DNA of 64,000 nucleotides, taken from the NCBI GenBank assembly GCA_965178125.1, contig OZ237735.1, positions 1,612,001 through 1,676,000 of the forward strand. Reading direction: 5' to 3'. The notes beneath the pieces were generated by a model. It was not told the DNA's origin. It was given only the letters and a program-made list of their open reading frames with translations, and made no database searches. How positions within the stretch are numbered: position 1 is the stretch's first letter; each line of letters begins with the position of its first letter. A program made the translations under genes and the position numbers. The stretch comes from Bilabrum cf. latius (taxonomy: Eukaryota). Positions 11,700 to 24,800 of this stretch are shown here, in pieces.

Positions 11700-13760
11700 A
11701 TGAAGCCAAAACCGTCAGGCGAAGAAACTAGATTCTTTAATCAGGTTTGTGCCGTGCTGCTTACCTTTTTTGTGAGATTTTATCCAATTTTGACCATGAT
11801 GCGGCTGAAGATACCGTCGGACGGGCAACTTGACCCAACGTTCATATGATTCGCGCATTGATAGGGGGACCCTCTCCTATTGCCGCAGGCATATGCGTTG
11901 CTGCATATGAGTAGGAAGGCCCTGAGTGAAGTGAAGTCCACGCTAATCGCTCTTTGGTCCTAGCCGGGTGGTGACCAGCAGCTATTCCATGGGGATTCCG
12001 CAGCTCACAGTGCCAAAACTTTCTCGTAAGTTGTAGAGTCACACTCTGGTATTGCTTTGATGGCTGGACAGGTTCTCGTGCAGCCTCGATCTCTTTTTGT
12101 TCGTGTCAGCTGCACTGCTGGCGTCTCACCCGTTCGAAACGCTCACTTCTGCAGTGGTACCCTTGACTTGGTGTTCATGTGGACGTATGCCGCCGGTCTT
12201 GTCCTGCTTGGTGACGTGGGCGACAGGTTAAACCTGAGATGGGTCCTCGCCGTCGCGATGTGCCTCAGTGGCATCGTCACGGCTCTCTTCGGCCTGGGAC
12301 CCTACTGGACCCAGGTGCAGAGCCCAGCATTCTATGCCACAGTGTGGGGCCTGAACGGGTTTGCGCAGAGTGCCTGCTGGCCTGCCGTGGTTGCAATCGT
12401 GGGCAACTGGCTCGGGAAGGGCGTGCGGGGCGGGGTGATGGGCCTGTGGTCCGGCAACGCAAGTGCCGGGAACGGGCTCGGGGACCTGCTCGGTTTCGTT
12501 GTTCTCCAGCACACGGACCTTGGCTGGCAGTGGTGTCTGCTCATCAGCGGGATGGCGTTGTTCCTTGGTGGCATTGTTATTGCCGTGGCGCTCCGGGCCC
12601 ACCCGAACGATGTTGGCCTGCCTGCTCACGCGACCGCTCGCGGGCTCGAGGATGGTGACCCGGACGAGGACGAGGTTCAGCACGAGGGCCAGGATGACAT
12701 AGTTCCCATGCCCTCCCCTGGCTTGTACGTAGGCTTGCAGCAAGACCCCGGCGGAGGCTCTACCGGCGTGGACCAGGAGTCTCAGATGCAGCAGGGCCTG
12801 CTGGAGGCCGATGGGTTCGGGGCGGTCGGGCCATCTAGCAGCGGAGGTGGTTATCTTAAGAAGCAAGGAACACATCAGGGAGAGACAGAAGAAGAAGAAA
12901 AAGGAGAAGGTGGTGCGATCGGGCTGTGGGCGGCGCTGATGCTGCCGGGAACCATCGTGTTCTCGTTGTGCTACATGGCGCTCAAGAGCACCAACTACGC
13001 GTACTTCTTTTGGCTCCCGGATTACCTGCAGGTAACGCTGCATGAAGACAGCGGAGTAGCGAATCTGTCTTCCTTATACTACGATATAGGCGGGATCATG
13101 GGCGGGTTCATCGCAGGCATGCTCACCGACTGCGTGGCACGGCGCTCTCCGATCGTGGTGGGCCAAATCGGACTGGCCGTGCCACTCATCCTGGTGTTCG
13201 GATTGGTCGCAAAGTCCAAGCTGGCGGTGGTCGCAACCTCAGCGGCTGTGGGACTCATGCTCGGCGGGGCGGCCAACCTGATATCCTCCGTGTTCGCGGT
13301 GGAGATCGGCGAGGAGGTGGCAAGGCAGGAAAGGAAGGCCGCGATGAAGGGTTCCGCAAATGGGGCGCCGCGCAAGAGGGTGTCTGCGAAGCGGTCCCTC
13401 GCGACCGTGGCTGGAATCATCGACGGGGCGGGTTCCCTAGGGGCTGGCGCGGTGCTGCAGATCGTGGGGCTGCTCCCGACCGACAAGCTGAGCTACCTGC
13501 TCGCACCGCTGACGGCGGTGAGCGCGCTCTGCCTGGTGGGAGTGCTCGTGAAGGATCTTCGTGCCATGACGGGGTGTTGCGGGGGCGAGGACGGGTAGGG
13601 TGGCTCGGGACGGGATGGGGGCAACTTGAAGCTGACTGGAGGTGCGGCTGGCTTGGTTGAGCCGTCGGACCGGCTGCAATCTTCGTCGATCAACGGAGGT
13701 GGCGGACGGCCGAGCTTGGGACATTCAGATGCGTCACTGCAGCGAAATGCCCTTTATTGA
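11700..13760 (+). CDS. MFS sugar-phosphate/glycerol-3-phosphate transporter (SLC37/GlpT-like), ~604 aa; exons 11700-11771, 11889-12025, 12155-13760
   Basis: Spliced N-terminus VLLTFF|AYALLHMSRKALSEVK. Motifs GDVGDRLNLR, NGFAQSACWP, GGVMGLWSGNASAGN, YAYFFWLP, YDIGGIMGG, ATVAGIIDGAGSLGA. Introns 11772-11888 and 12026-12154 are GT-AG and phase-consistent. TAG at 11961 and 13596; first TGA at 13758. Confidence 0.88.
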
Positions 13761-13870
13761 TAGCCAGAGTCAGCCAATTCAGCCGGGAAGCCACGGAAGC
13801 TCGAGCGGTTGTAACCTCGGGTAGCGACCCGTTTGCGGAACGCAGCATAGTTCGATACAGTTCACCAACC

Positions 13871-16099
13871 ATGGCTCTGCCGGACATCAAAGCATCACAG
13901 CCTGATTCTTCTATAACATAGTCACCAGGTAGGCTGATTGCACAGTCGAAGATCGGCTTCTCTGGGTGGTTGCGAAAACTGAAAGTGCACCCCCCCCAAG
14001 ATGGCAAGCCGATTCGCTCTAGCTGGCACAAAAGACATTTCCGGATAGCTGGGGGATTCCTTGCGTACTACAAAAACGAAGATTCGCAATCGCCAGCAGG
14101 TTGGCTGCGATTAGCACAGATATCTGAGGTGAGGTGTCTATCTGAAGGCGAGGTAGCCCCTGGCGTGCCGGCTGCCGCGATGCCAGAAGCAACTGTGCGG
14201 GTACAGTTGGTGCACCGAGTGCTGTTCTTGGGAACCAAGACAGCCGAGGATGCCGAAGCTTGGCGATAGGCGATTTAGGGCGGTGTGGACGAGGCTCGAG
14301 GTGTGGCGGGCGTGGCGAGCCCCTCTCCTCGCCTGGCTGGTAGAGTTCGCGGCGGCTTCGAACCGAGAAGTCCCGCAGCATCCATAATTCGAGGCAAACA
14401 TCCGGAAACTGGGCACACGAAGGGAACTCCCTTCGCCAGTCCGGGAGGCATTCAGGTCGGAGTTGGATCTCTGCGGAAGCAGCCTTCGAAAGCAACTCTC
14501 ACCGGGCACGGCGATTCCGCGGCACCTGCTCCAAAGCTAGGGACCACAGGCCAGCGAGCGGGAGAAGCGGCTGTATCTGAAAGCCAAGGGGAGCGGCCGG
14601 GCCCCAGCCATGAAACCAGCCCTAGCGGCGGAGCAGGTGCTTCGGCGAGGCGAGCATTGCACAGCGCAAACCCCGCCGGTGCGACGTCTCCGGCCGCCGC
14701 CACGGCCATCGAGCCGCCATCCACTGGATCTGGCGCTGGCACAGAAAGCAAGGAACGTTCTCCGCGAACATCTCCCGAACCGGCCGCGAGCAGCCCCACG
14801 CCAGCCCAGTACCCCGGGGTTCAACCCCTGGAGGCACCCCTGACCCCGCAGCGGGGCACCTTTGCAGACAAGGCACCCCCAAGTCTCGATGAGGCAGCCC
14901 GTTCCATCACCTCAGGCGCTCCAGTGGCGGGCACGGCAGTCGCGGGGCCAGACGGGAGCGTGTGGGTCCAGGTCGAGTTCGTGCGCTCGATCGACCCCGC
15001 CTCCGGGCACTTCTATCTGACCGGGGTGCTGGACGGGGTGTCCCACTGGAGCCTGCCCCCGCACACCCGAGGGGCGTAGTGGGGGTCATGGGTGACCGTG
15101 TGGGACGAGGTCACCGCCTCGTTCTACTACCTCAACGCAGAGTCGGGCGAGACCTCCTTCCTCTCTCCCGGCGCGGAGGCGTGGTATGCTCCCGCCCCGC
15201 AACAGGCGCACTCGTGGCCCAGTCATGTTTAGTACGGGGCCCAGCAGTAGCAGCAGCACTACTAGCAGCAGCAGTTCGAACCCAGGCTTTCGGAGCACTC
15301 GGCGGGAGAGTCTCCGGCTGCTTCAGCGTCTGGCCAAGGCAGGGGAAGCAGGGAACAGTTCGTGCCCCCCTCGCTCGAGGGGCTGGGGCAGGGGTCGGAG
15401 GAGGATGGGCAGTACCGCCACCACCAAGCGGGTGCTGGATACGGCGGCTAGGGCTACGGTCGTGGGCGGGGGGGATACCCTGCCGCCATGCTGACCACGT
15501 CGACAGAGGTGCCTGCGGGGGGCATCGATTTCAGCGGGGCTGGTGGTGCGGGGGGGTACGGCAGCCGGGCCAGGGAGGCGGCTGCGGTGGCTGCGGCGCA
15601 GCGCGGCGAACCGGTTCCGCAGGGCGCCGCGCAATCTGTCCGCGGGGAGGACGTGTATGCCGAGGCGTGGGACGGCAGCAGCGGGCACCCGTACTACGTA
15701 AGGATCGCCACAGGGGAGGCCCAGTGGGAGTACCCTGCCCACGAGGGCGCGGTGGTGATCCGGCAAGGGCAAGGACAAGGGCATGGGGCAGACTTGGGCC
15801 GTGGCACTGGCGGGGAGGAAACAGATGACCCCAGTGCGGGGACGGGCGGCCATGCGAGAGCCACCGCCACGACCCCCGGCGCTTCCGTCCACGGAGCCAC
15901 CCCCAGCAGCGATGGGGCGGCAGTCGGATCGCCAGGGAGGACGACAGACGTCGCCACTGCGCTCGCTTCGTTGTCCTAGCGAGGGGCGCTGCAGGGAACA
16001 CATGGGAGGCATGGCAGCGGCACGGGAGGGCAGGTGCTGTCTCCGCCTCCGCCGCCGAAGACCGGGTTTGCTGCGAAGACTCCTGGGCGGGTTCATTGA
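13871..16099 (+). CDS. PH-domain protein with three WW-like domains, ~742 aa (TAG=Gln)
   Basis: PH domain FSGWLRKLK..WHKRHFRIAGGFLAYYK..AEAWR*AI*. WW-like segments DPASGHFYL..SHWSLP, WVTVWDEVTASFYYLNAESGETSF, AWDGSSGHPYYVRIATGEAQWEYP. Single frame with ~9 TAG; TGA at 16097. Confidence 0.8.
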
Positions 16100-16170
16100 G
16101 ACTTGTGCTGCACCGTTCAATACAATGTTTGTGTCTTATACGCGCGTCTCGTACTCCATTTCGGTTCAAT

Positions 16171-18819
16171 TCACGGGCCCTGTCCTACGGCGGGAGGGAC
16201 GGCTTGCCCCTGCAGCTGCTCCTGCTCGGCAGGATCCGGCTCCATGATCCCAAAGTTCACGCCGTCGCCCGCCCCCTTGCCAACCATGCCGCTGTCGGTC
16301 ACCTGCGGCGAGGCGCTGGACGCGGCCTCCTTCCCGTCAAAGGACGAGAACGACTCCACATCCACCAGGCACCGCAGTGCACTGTACCCTAAGGTGGCCC
16401 GGCACAGCTGCGAGAGGGTGGCACGGATGGGCAGCACGCCAGGGAGGGAGGCCTTGGGGTTGCCGCTGCCCTTGGGGGCGCTGCTGACCGGCGTGCCCGG
16501 TCGGGGGGAAGCAGGGCAAGCCCCCGCACCTGCGCCGCTGCTGGCAGCGCTCTCCCCCCTACTGCCAGCAGGAGCAGCGCCGCGCCTCTCGCCCCTCGCG
16601 ATGCACCATGGTCCGAGCATGTCGGCGAACTCGGCCATGAAAGTTGCGGTGCCCAGCACGTTCTCCACTCGGCCCGCGCGGATGTCGTCAGCAGTGCAGT
16701 ACTTGGTCGCAAAGGGCGCGAAACCGGTCGGCGTGAGCCTGGCACGGTCTTTCTCGGCCATGTCGCGGACGATCCTGTAGTTCATTGCCTCTGCCACGCG
16801 GCATTGCACGTGGAAGAAAGCCCTGGCCACGTCGTTCTCGTCGATGTAGCCCTTCTCGTCCTCGTCCAGGCACACGAAGAGCATCTTCACGGCGGAGGGG
16901 TGGCCCGGCAGGCCGCCCATCTATCTGGGTGCCAGCGCGAGCTCGACGTCAAGGTACGTGCGGTAGTCCATCATGCCGTCGTAGGTGCGGCACGTCTCGA
17001 ACAGCCTCTGCACGAACCACCTGGTCAGCCTGCCGCCGCCCCACCCCGCCATCTCCTCCTGTCCCAGCAAGCCGTCCCTGTCCTGGTCCAGGCTGAGGTA
17101 CCTCCCGTACACGCGAAGAGCGCTGCGGTCACTGAACCAGTTGAGGCTGGTGGCGCCGCCTGGCACACCGGCGAGCAGCGGGTCCACTCTGGAGGTCTCT
17201 GCCGCCCTCGCCGCCGCTTCCATGGGACCCTGCGGCGGCTGCTGCTGGGTCCTTCGGGCCTCTTCGGCTGTGATCCTCTGGATGGCGCCCAGCTCTGCGA
17301 ATGCTGGACATGCCAGCACCGCAGAGAGTGAGTAGCGCCCCGAGGGGCGGCCGGCCCTCCACTTGGCCTTGCCAATCGCGTCTCCCCGCTTGGGCCCTCC
17401 GTCCACGCCTGATCCTCCCGCGCTACTCCTGGGAGTGCCTGGCAACCCTCTCTTTGATGCTGCTTCTGCCTCGCTGCTCCCGGCACCCTTCGCCGCCTGC
17501 GGCCCCTGTTCTCGTCGATCGCCGGCACCACCGCCATCATCCCCCGCGGTCCCCCCCGCGATCTCGCTTGCCTGCAGCATGAACACGATCCTCCTGACAC
17601 CGGTGTACACGTAAAACACGACGAACGGTGGGGGTAACCTGGCGAGCGCCGGGGCCTCCTTTGCGACGTCCTGCAGGTAGAGCTCGAGGTCCTGCTCGCT
17701 CAAGGAGGGCGGCCCCTGAGCAGCTGCTTCGGCCTCCTGCAGCAAGTCGTCAAGGGCCGGGCGGTCCACGCTGGGGGAGGAGCCCTCCCCGCCTGTCCCT
17801 GTGCTTGCCGCTCCCCCGATTGCTCCGGGTGATGCGTCTGCCCTCGCGGGTCCCCCCGCGGCGTCCTCCGCCTCTGCCAGCCTCAGGGCCTTGCTCGCTT
17901 CCTGGGCGGATTGCTCGCCCGACTGAGCCGCCATGCTCGCCAGCTGCAAGCCGCGCCTGTGGGCTGCCACGAGGGCGCACAGGTACTAGAACAGCTGCCT
18001 TGAAGAAATGCGTCCCTTGTGGTCGCGGTCGAACTGCATGAAAAGGTCTGGGGTGAGCAGGTGCTTGGCTCGGCCCGGGGCCGCCTGCCGCAGTTCGCAG
18101 TACGATTCGTAGTCCACGCGGGGCTCAGTCGGCACGCCCGGAGGGATCCGAAGGCTCTGGTCTTCGTTTTCTTGTCTCTATCGGCGCAAGCTATCTTCCA
18201 CGGATGGGTTCACTGGAATCTGCCGCCGGAGCGCCTGAAGAATGTACACGATGTCGCTCAGGTCTCCTTGCTCAAGGACATCTTGCGCCCTCGATTCAAC
18301 CGCCCGCGAGCGTGCTGTGCTCCGCAACCAGGAGCGAAGCAGCCGCAGCCTGGTACTGTCGCGTTTCTGGAGCCTCTTCCTAGCCAGTAGCGTTTCAGCA
18401 TCGCTGGGGCTGTCAAACTTCGACCAGTCGCTGTGCACAGCCTTCGCGGCTGAGCTCTATAAGCTACCGAAATAAAAGCGTGGAATAACTTTGTAGCTCC
18501 GGTGTTTGTCCTTCCGGGCCTGCTAGCGGCCATGGAGAATGCTATCGAATGTCGCGTCTTCGGCCGCCTCGGTCTGCGGGATTCCCTGCGACTCGGCTGC
18601 CGCTGCAGCCGCTTCATCGGGCACCATCAAGTTGCCCAAAATAGATGGAGCAAACGCTTCCTTGGGCGCACGCTGCACAGACACAGCCAACGACTTGCTC
18701 GCGCTCTCCGCGTTCGGAATCCGACCGGCCGCGATGACTTCTTGCGTGGATTCCGCCGTTCTGGCGGTCTGGTCGGAGGGATCCGATGCAGCAGCGCGGC
18801 GCAATGATTTCAACCACAT
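16171..18819 (-). CDS. PP2A regulatory subunit B''-gamma-like (PPP2R3C/TON2-FASS family) EF-hand protein, ~882 aa
   Basis: IPRFYF, FDRDHKGRIS, FVVFYVYTGVRRIVFML and NWFSDRSALRVYGRYLSLDQDRDGLL..RLFETCRTYDGMMDYRTYLD. Pieces joined in frame by TAG at 18523, 18457, 18178, 17986 and 16921; ends TGA. Confidence 0.82.
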
Positions 18820-19132
18820 AGTTGAAGATAATTCAGCAGAAGTCCCGGCAAATTGTACCGCGAGCGCAGGCTGGTCTATTGCAACGGGTCGGAAACCAAT
18901 CTTTGCACCCTACAAGCACACGCAACGCTGGCAACGCAGCAATGCGGCAGCACCCCACGCAACTCTACCAAGTCAACGCATGGGTTCCGAGTCGCCTATA
19001 ATAATTGATCTAGCGGTTGGCCCGGCCGTCACTAGAGCCACAAATCGAACTGGCGACCAGGCTGCCTGGCAAGCGGCAGAGCCCCGCCAGCCCCGTTTCA
19101 TCGTAGACTTTCCTCTCCTTCGTGCGCAGGTC

Positions 19133-21703
19133 TCACTGGGAGGCCGACTGAGGGGGGCACACCGTAAGGCAGTGACCATCCTGCTTCGACGTGATCGTGC
19201 CCGGGCTCCCGGCAGCGGGCGGCTGGCTCCACTGCTGGTTGCTGCCCCCGTTGCACGAGTACGTCTCGACGTTGGCGCCGTTGCTCGACAGGTGGGCCGT
19301 GATGTCCATGCAGGCACCGCCGGGCGACACCTTCAGCGCCTGGGACCCGGAGTCGTAACTCCAGTCCTCTGGCTGGGAGCTCCCCGAGCACTTGCTCAGC
19401 TCCACGCTCGGCTGCCCGTCCGGATCCTTGCCCGGGCCGGCAGACGCGCAAAGCCCCAGCGAGCCGTCCCCCACCTGCAGCCTCCCGCTGGCAGACAGGC
19501 TCCACTGCTGGTGCTCGGCGAGGTCCGCGCGGCACTCGTACATGACCACGTTGGACCCATCTACCGGGGCGCTCGCGAGGGGGTTGCAGGCGGAGGGGCC
19601 ATGGAAGTCGGGGGCGTCCGTCAGCTGCACGCTCAGGCCCTCGTAGCTGCTCGTAACTCTGTCGTTGTTCCCTGCGGCAGCCGCGGCGGGGAGCGCCTCC
19701 TCCTCCAGCAGCACCAGCGTGTTTGTTCCCTCGACCAGCACGCTCTCGGGCACGTACAGCGCGTTCTGCGGGCCCCTGCTCACCCAGTGCCTCCCAAGGG
19801 CAAAGCCGTTCACCCAGGCCACTCCCTTGCCCCAGCCCGACACGCTCAAAAAGGTGGACGGCGGCTTCCCGGTGGCAGGCGAGGCCTTGGCCTGGAACTC
19901 GCCCATGAGGAAGGCGGGCAGCTGCGGTACGCCAGTGGGAGGCCCTTGGCTGACCGGCTGGAACAGGGGCGAGGCCTTGGCGACATCGTCGCCCGACATG
20001 GGCATGGAGCAGACGGACCAGTTGGCGGCGGTGACGTTGGAGGACCCCCCGATGGTCGGGGCGGAGAGGAGGCCCTTGAGGTCGAACATGCCGTGGCCGT
20101 AATTGATGTGGCCCATGTTCTCCATCACGATGGTCAGCACGGAGCGGCTGCTCCCCGAGGATGCCGCGGGCCATGACACGGGGATCGGCTTGTTTCCCGT
20201 GCGGAACACTGTTCCCTGGGTGTCGCCTCCGACGGACACCACGGCGTAGTCCCTCGGCTCCGTGCTGCCGAACTGCAGCTGCTGCGAGGAGCCGGCCGCG
20301 GAGGGCAGCTCGGCTTCGTACACTGCAATGCCCTGCGACTGGTTCAGCAGGGGGTGTTCCATGGCCACGGGCTGGGGCAGTCCCGACACACGGCGGCCGG
20401 GAACGCTGGCCGGGCAGAAGTGGTCGCGCGAGGCACCGGACAGCAGCGGGAGGACGTGCGAGAACTTCACCTCGCCGAGGGCCTCGATCGGGCGCGGCGC
20501 CGGTTCCGCAGGCGGGAGCGGCTGCCCGTCCCTCTTCGCCCACTCCGAGTAGAGCGTCCTCAGGGCGGCATACTTGTCCTTCCCGTCGCTGCCCCAGTTG
20601 TGCGCCCCCCACTCTGCCAACGGGGCGTTGTAGTCATACGAGGCCGTGTCGATGGTGATGCTGTCGCCGCCGCCGTTCGCGCCGTTGTACCAGCCCCAGT
20701 TGGTGCCTCCGTGCGCCATGTACAGCGCGATGCTGCCGCTGTCGTTGAAGGCTGCGTTCGTCCACTCGATCAGGTTGCTCGTAGACTTGTTGGGATACTG
20801 CCCACCGTACTGCATGAGCCACCCCGTGTACCACTCCGAGACGAAATTGCTCCTCGACCCGGGCGGGTTGAATTCTGCCTGCGCCTCGAAGGCGCCCTTG
20901 TAGCCCGCGCCCGGTCCCGTGTCACCCACCGTGTACACGGCCGAGCCGTTCAGCGACCCGCGCGACATATAGCCCAAGTTTCCGCCGTCCGTGGTGTACA
21001 GCACCACATCGGAGCCGAGGTGCTTCCGGAAAATGCTCACGAGGTGCTCCATGTACGCGAGATCGCCAGGGTTGGACTGCACGTTGCCGAAGCTGCCGTA
21101 CTCGTTCTCGAGTTGGACCATGATGACGTTGCCGCCGTCCGCGTACAGATGGCCCTCCGACTTGATTTTCCCCAGGAGCTGCTCCATCCAGCCGTCGACA
21201 AAGGCCAGGTACCTCGTGTCGTTGGTGCGAATCGAGAGCGGGTATTGCGGCTCGAGCGGCCAGTTGCCGGGCTCGGATGACCCGTTCATAAACTTATAGG
21301 ACATCATCCAAGCCGGCAGGCCCCCATTATCCCACTCCCCGCAGCCATACGGGCCAGCGCGAAGCGCGATCGCCAGGCCGTGCTTATCGGCAAGCCTAAG
21401 GAACTGCGAGATGTCGCGCCCTGGACTCTCCCAGTCGACCTGCCCCTGAACTTCCTCGTGCCAGTTCCAGAATACGTAGACTTCGGCGGTGTTGAGTCCC
21501 ATTGCAGCAAGACGTGCTAAGCGATCTTCCCAAAGGTCGGGATGGATCCTGCTGTAGTGCACGCATCCGGCACGCAAGCGAAATGGTTCGCCGTCCTTCA
21601 CAAAGAGGCCATCACTGAGCCCAAACGACCTTGAAGCAGCCGTAGTAGCAGAAAGTAACGAAACACAAAGAGCACCCGCAACAACGAGCTCGGTGCTTCG
21701 CAT
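19133..21703 (-). CDS. Secreted GH35 beta-galactosidase with C-terminal ricin-B (CBM13) lectin domain, 856 aa
   Basis: Signal peptide; HYSRIHP..W.DRL, YVFWNWHE, LRAGPYGCGEWDNGGLPAW, IMVQLENEYG, SEWYTGW, YMAHGGTNWG, SYDYNAPL, GKGVAWVNG; QQW repeats in the C-terminal domain. Uninterrupted ORF ending TGA. Confidence 0.95.
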   Translation of the reverse strand: MRSTELVVAGALCVSLLSATTAASRSFGLSDGLFVKDGEPFRLRAGCVHYSRIHPDLWEDRLARLAAMGLNTAEVYVFWNWHEEVQGQVDWESPGRDISQFLRLADKHGLAIALRAGPYGCGEWDNGGLPAWMMSYKFMNGSSEPGNWPLEPQYPLSIRTNDTRYLAFVDGWMEQLLGKIKSEGHLYADGGNVIMVQLENEYGSFGNVQSNPGDLAYMEHLVSIFRKHLGSDVVLYTTDGGNLGYMSRGSLNGSAVYTVGDTGPGAGYKGAFEAQAEFNPPGSRSNFVSEWYTGWLMQYGGQYPNKSTSNLIEWTNAAFNDSGSIALYMAHGGTNWGWYNGANGGGDSITIDTASYDYNAPLAEWGAHNWGSDGKDKYAALRTLYSEWAKRDGQPLPPAEPAPRPIEALGEVKFSHVLPLLSGASRDHFCPASVPGRRVSGLPQPVAMEHPLLNQSQGIAVYEAELPSAAGSSQQLQFGSTEPRDYAVVSVGGDTQGTVFRTGNKPIPVSWPAASSGSSRSVLTIVMENMGHINYGHGMFDLKGLLSAPTIGGSSNVTAANWSVCSMPMSGDDVAKASPLFQPVSQGPPTGVPQLPAFLMGEFQAKASPATGKPPSTFLSVSGWGKGVAWVNGFALGRHWVSRGPQNALYVPESVLVEGTNTLVLLEEEALPAAAAAGNNDRVTSSYEGLSVQLTDAPDFHGPSACNPLASAPVDGSNVVMYECRADLAEHQQWSLSASGRLQVGDGSLGLCASAGPGKDPDGQPSVELSKCSGSSQPEDWSYDSGSQALKVSPGGACMDITAHLSSNGANVETYSCNGGSNQQWSQPPAAGSPGTITSKQDGHCLTVCPPQSASQ

Positions 21704-21829
21704 GACGGCGGTTAATGCACCGTCGAACCCTATTTCGTCGTCTCGTCGAGCTCAAAACCACACTGCTCTTAAATGAAAACCAGATATCTGGCAGCTGCTT
21801 TGAGGACCACAAGGCACAGCTTCAGCCAG

Positions 21830-24800
21830 ATGAAATCCGCGCAACATGGGTCAAAGTACCTCAAGTAGGATAAATTGACACGAATCAAGCAAGCGCGGCT
21901 CCGAAGAATCAGAAATGAGTTCATGGCTGACCTGCCAGCCGCAGACGCTTACAGGCAGCTCGAAGACTTCAAAGAACTTCATTTCGAAGTTGATGAGCTG
22001 AAGCTTTAGGTCAGCGAAAGCCTGGCTGAAGGGCTGTCTGGTTCACACCGCGTACGAGTCCTGGAGCATGCGTACCAGTGTGCTTTGCGCCTTCGGACGT
22101 ATAGCCGGCAACTGAACTCGAAAGGGTCTCACGATGATGCCGTGGAACGCTTCGAACGGCAAGCATATGATATCTTACTACGCCTGAGAATAGAATTGTG
22201 AGGTATGCTGCGAGTGTTGTGAACTGCTGTGGCCTGCAACCCCGTAAACGCGAATGCAGTTGCCTTTTGAATCCACGCCGGTCTACGTCGCAGGGCAAGC
22301 CACGGAGAGGAGCGCGAGCACGACAAATAGGCCGTGCTTAGTCGTATTATATCTACAATTCGGGTCTCAAAGGCTGCATTGAGCCTTCCTGCCGACTTGG
22401 TCTCCGACATTCGCAAGGCCCGCAAGGTAAGGTTCTGTGGATCTACGGCACAACCGCTTGCATGCACGCATGTTTCACGACCGCCAATGAAATTGAGTTC
22501 TTTTTCCCTACACCTTGCAGCTCTAGGCTATTGTTCGGGCGGTCTTCCGCCACTACCTGGTCTCGTTCGCGGCTATCGCAGACGACCAAGCCGCCCCGAA
22601 TCCGTCCCAGCTGTCGCGGATGTCGCATGCCGCGCAGCTCATGAGCAGCGCAGCGCTTGGCAAATGCATCGATCTGGACAATCGCCGGGATAACCTCGAT
22701 AAGGATCTCGCGTACCTGGACGCAGCCACGGACGCATTCAAGTGGGCGCAGGCATGGCTGTACGCCGTCCTCGGCAGGCACGACCTCAGCTATGCAGCCG
22801 CCATGGCCGAAGACCCTGTGCTCTCCTCTAGACCAAGAGAGGCAAGCGAAGAGGAAGACGGCGATACGCAGCTGGCGGGCGGCGCCGACGCGGGAAGGGG
22901 GGGTGAGGAGGAGCCCCGCAAGGCAGGTGCCAAGCAGACGAGGGCCATGGCCGCGGCGTCGTCAGGAGGCGTGAAAACGGGCGGGGAGAGCGGCTCTGGC
23001 CCGGACTACGACGAAGACTACGACGAAGACGAGGACGAGGACGAGGACGAGGACGAAGAGTTGGGCTCTCGCAGGCGGGGCCGCAAGAAAGCACCGGGTC
23101 CGGCCTCGGCCTCGTCTGCCGCAATGGAAGGCGAGCAGCAGGAGGGCGAGGAGGGCGGCGGCGAGCTGACACCCGCTTTCCTCAGCAGCCAAGACGTGGC
23201 CACGCAGCTGCAGTCGCTGCTGGATCCCAGTCGCATCGACGAGCTGCGAAGGGGTGTCGGGATCGTGCTGTCGGCAGCCTCAAGGAAAGAGAGCGTGGCT
23301 CAGGCGCTGACCGACGTGGAGAGAGGAAGCCTGCTGAGGCTCACCGCGGCCCAGCTCGTGCTTGCTGCGCGGCAGTAGCAGCAGCGCGCGGTGCAAGGGC
23401 AGGTGCAGGCGCCTCCCGACGCGCTAAACATGGTCCGGCGGGTGGGCCGGGTGCAACAGGCGATCGAAGTTCTGCTCGCATCAGCGGCCGTCTTCCACGG
23501 CATGCAGCACTGCCTGAAGGCCATGGAAGTCATCGACAACGAAAACAGTCGGACGGGTGCCGTCGCTGTGCTGCTCAACTTGCCCGATGCCGGCAGCTAC
23601 GACCTGTTCTCTGCTAGGATGCGGGCCAGGCTGGGCCTCGAGGCCTCGCTGGCCAGCGCGTGGTACAGCTGCGTGCTGGCACCCGTCCTGAGCCCCAAGT
23701 TCTGGAAGGAAGTCAAGGTACGCTACCCGTCGGGGGCAGCCCTGCTTCAGGACGTCACCATCTTGTGCGGGCTGCGATCCACTGCGGCGCTGCAGCTGCT
23801 GGCAGGCTTGGCCAAGATGAATGGCGCCGAGCAGCCCGGCGTGGATGCGGACGTGCCTCCGATCGAAGCGTTCGGGTCGTCTTGGGGCTTTCGAGCCGGC
23901 GATGAGCTTGCCCAGGTGCTGGCTGCAGAACAAAGGTATCTACGCAGCAGTGGATCTGCGGTGGGCCGGGCTGGGGACTCGAGAACCGCAGCCTCTTCCT
24001 CTTCCTCGTCGTCTGGATCAGGCAGAGCTGCAGCGGCGAGCGGTCAGTCCGCTGGATCCAGCATGGATCCCGTCCTTGCGCAGCACATGCACCTTGGGAA
24101 CAGTGACAGCTTTGATGACAGCCAGACCCAGGATCCGCTGCTTGACGGACTCTCGCAGCCCATGCAGGGTCAGACCGATGCACTGCAGAGGCTGCAGTCA
24201 GCGAGAACACTGACTATTCGAAGCTGCCTGCAACTCACGTCAAGATGCCTCGATCCTTCGCTGAGCGATCCGCAATCGTCCTCGGCAAAGTCCAGCGGCA
24301 GCTCGTCGCGCAAGAAGCAGAGCAGCGCGCTTCTCGGCGAGTTCCTACCCATGGCGCGGCGACTGGCAAAGGTCATGCGCACGAGGGCGTGGCGGGACGT
24401 CGACTGGCTCTCCTTCGGGTGCCTGGGCATCACATCTACGTCCATCCTGGATTCGATGCCGCAGGTGCAGCAGGACTGCATTCGGGCTTGCAGGGAGCTG
24501 GTGAAGGGCGCAGGCGGCGGACAACCCGCGGGCGGTTCGTCGTCTAGAGACAAGGGCGCGTCGGCCTCCTCACAGGAGGCTGAGCTGCACGACAGGGTCA
24601 CGTGTGCGACCCAGTACTTCTTGTGGACGAGCATGGACGCAATGGTGAGGGCAATCGTCCGGTCCGTGGAGTCGATCACAGGCGTGCTGGGTCCTCGAGA
24701 ACCCTCCAGCCTGCCAGCAGATCGCCTAGTCTCGTGGGTCGGTCAGGTGCAGTGGGGCTCCTCGTCGCCCCGTGCCATTGCCGCAGCTGCCAGCGATCCA

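Noticed and set aside
18539-20612. Long overlapping ORFs (18539-20176 +, 19098-20612 -)
   Set aside because: These are shadow frames of the GC-rich beta-galactosidase and PP2A genes, Arg/Gly/Pro-rich with no motifs. The same applies to most other overlapping ORFs in the track.
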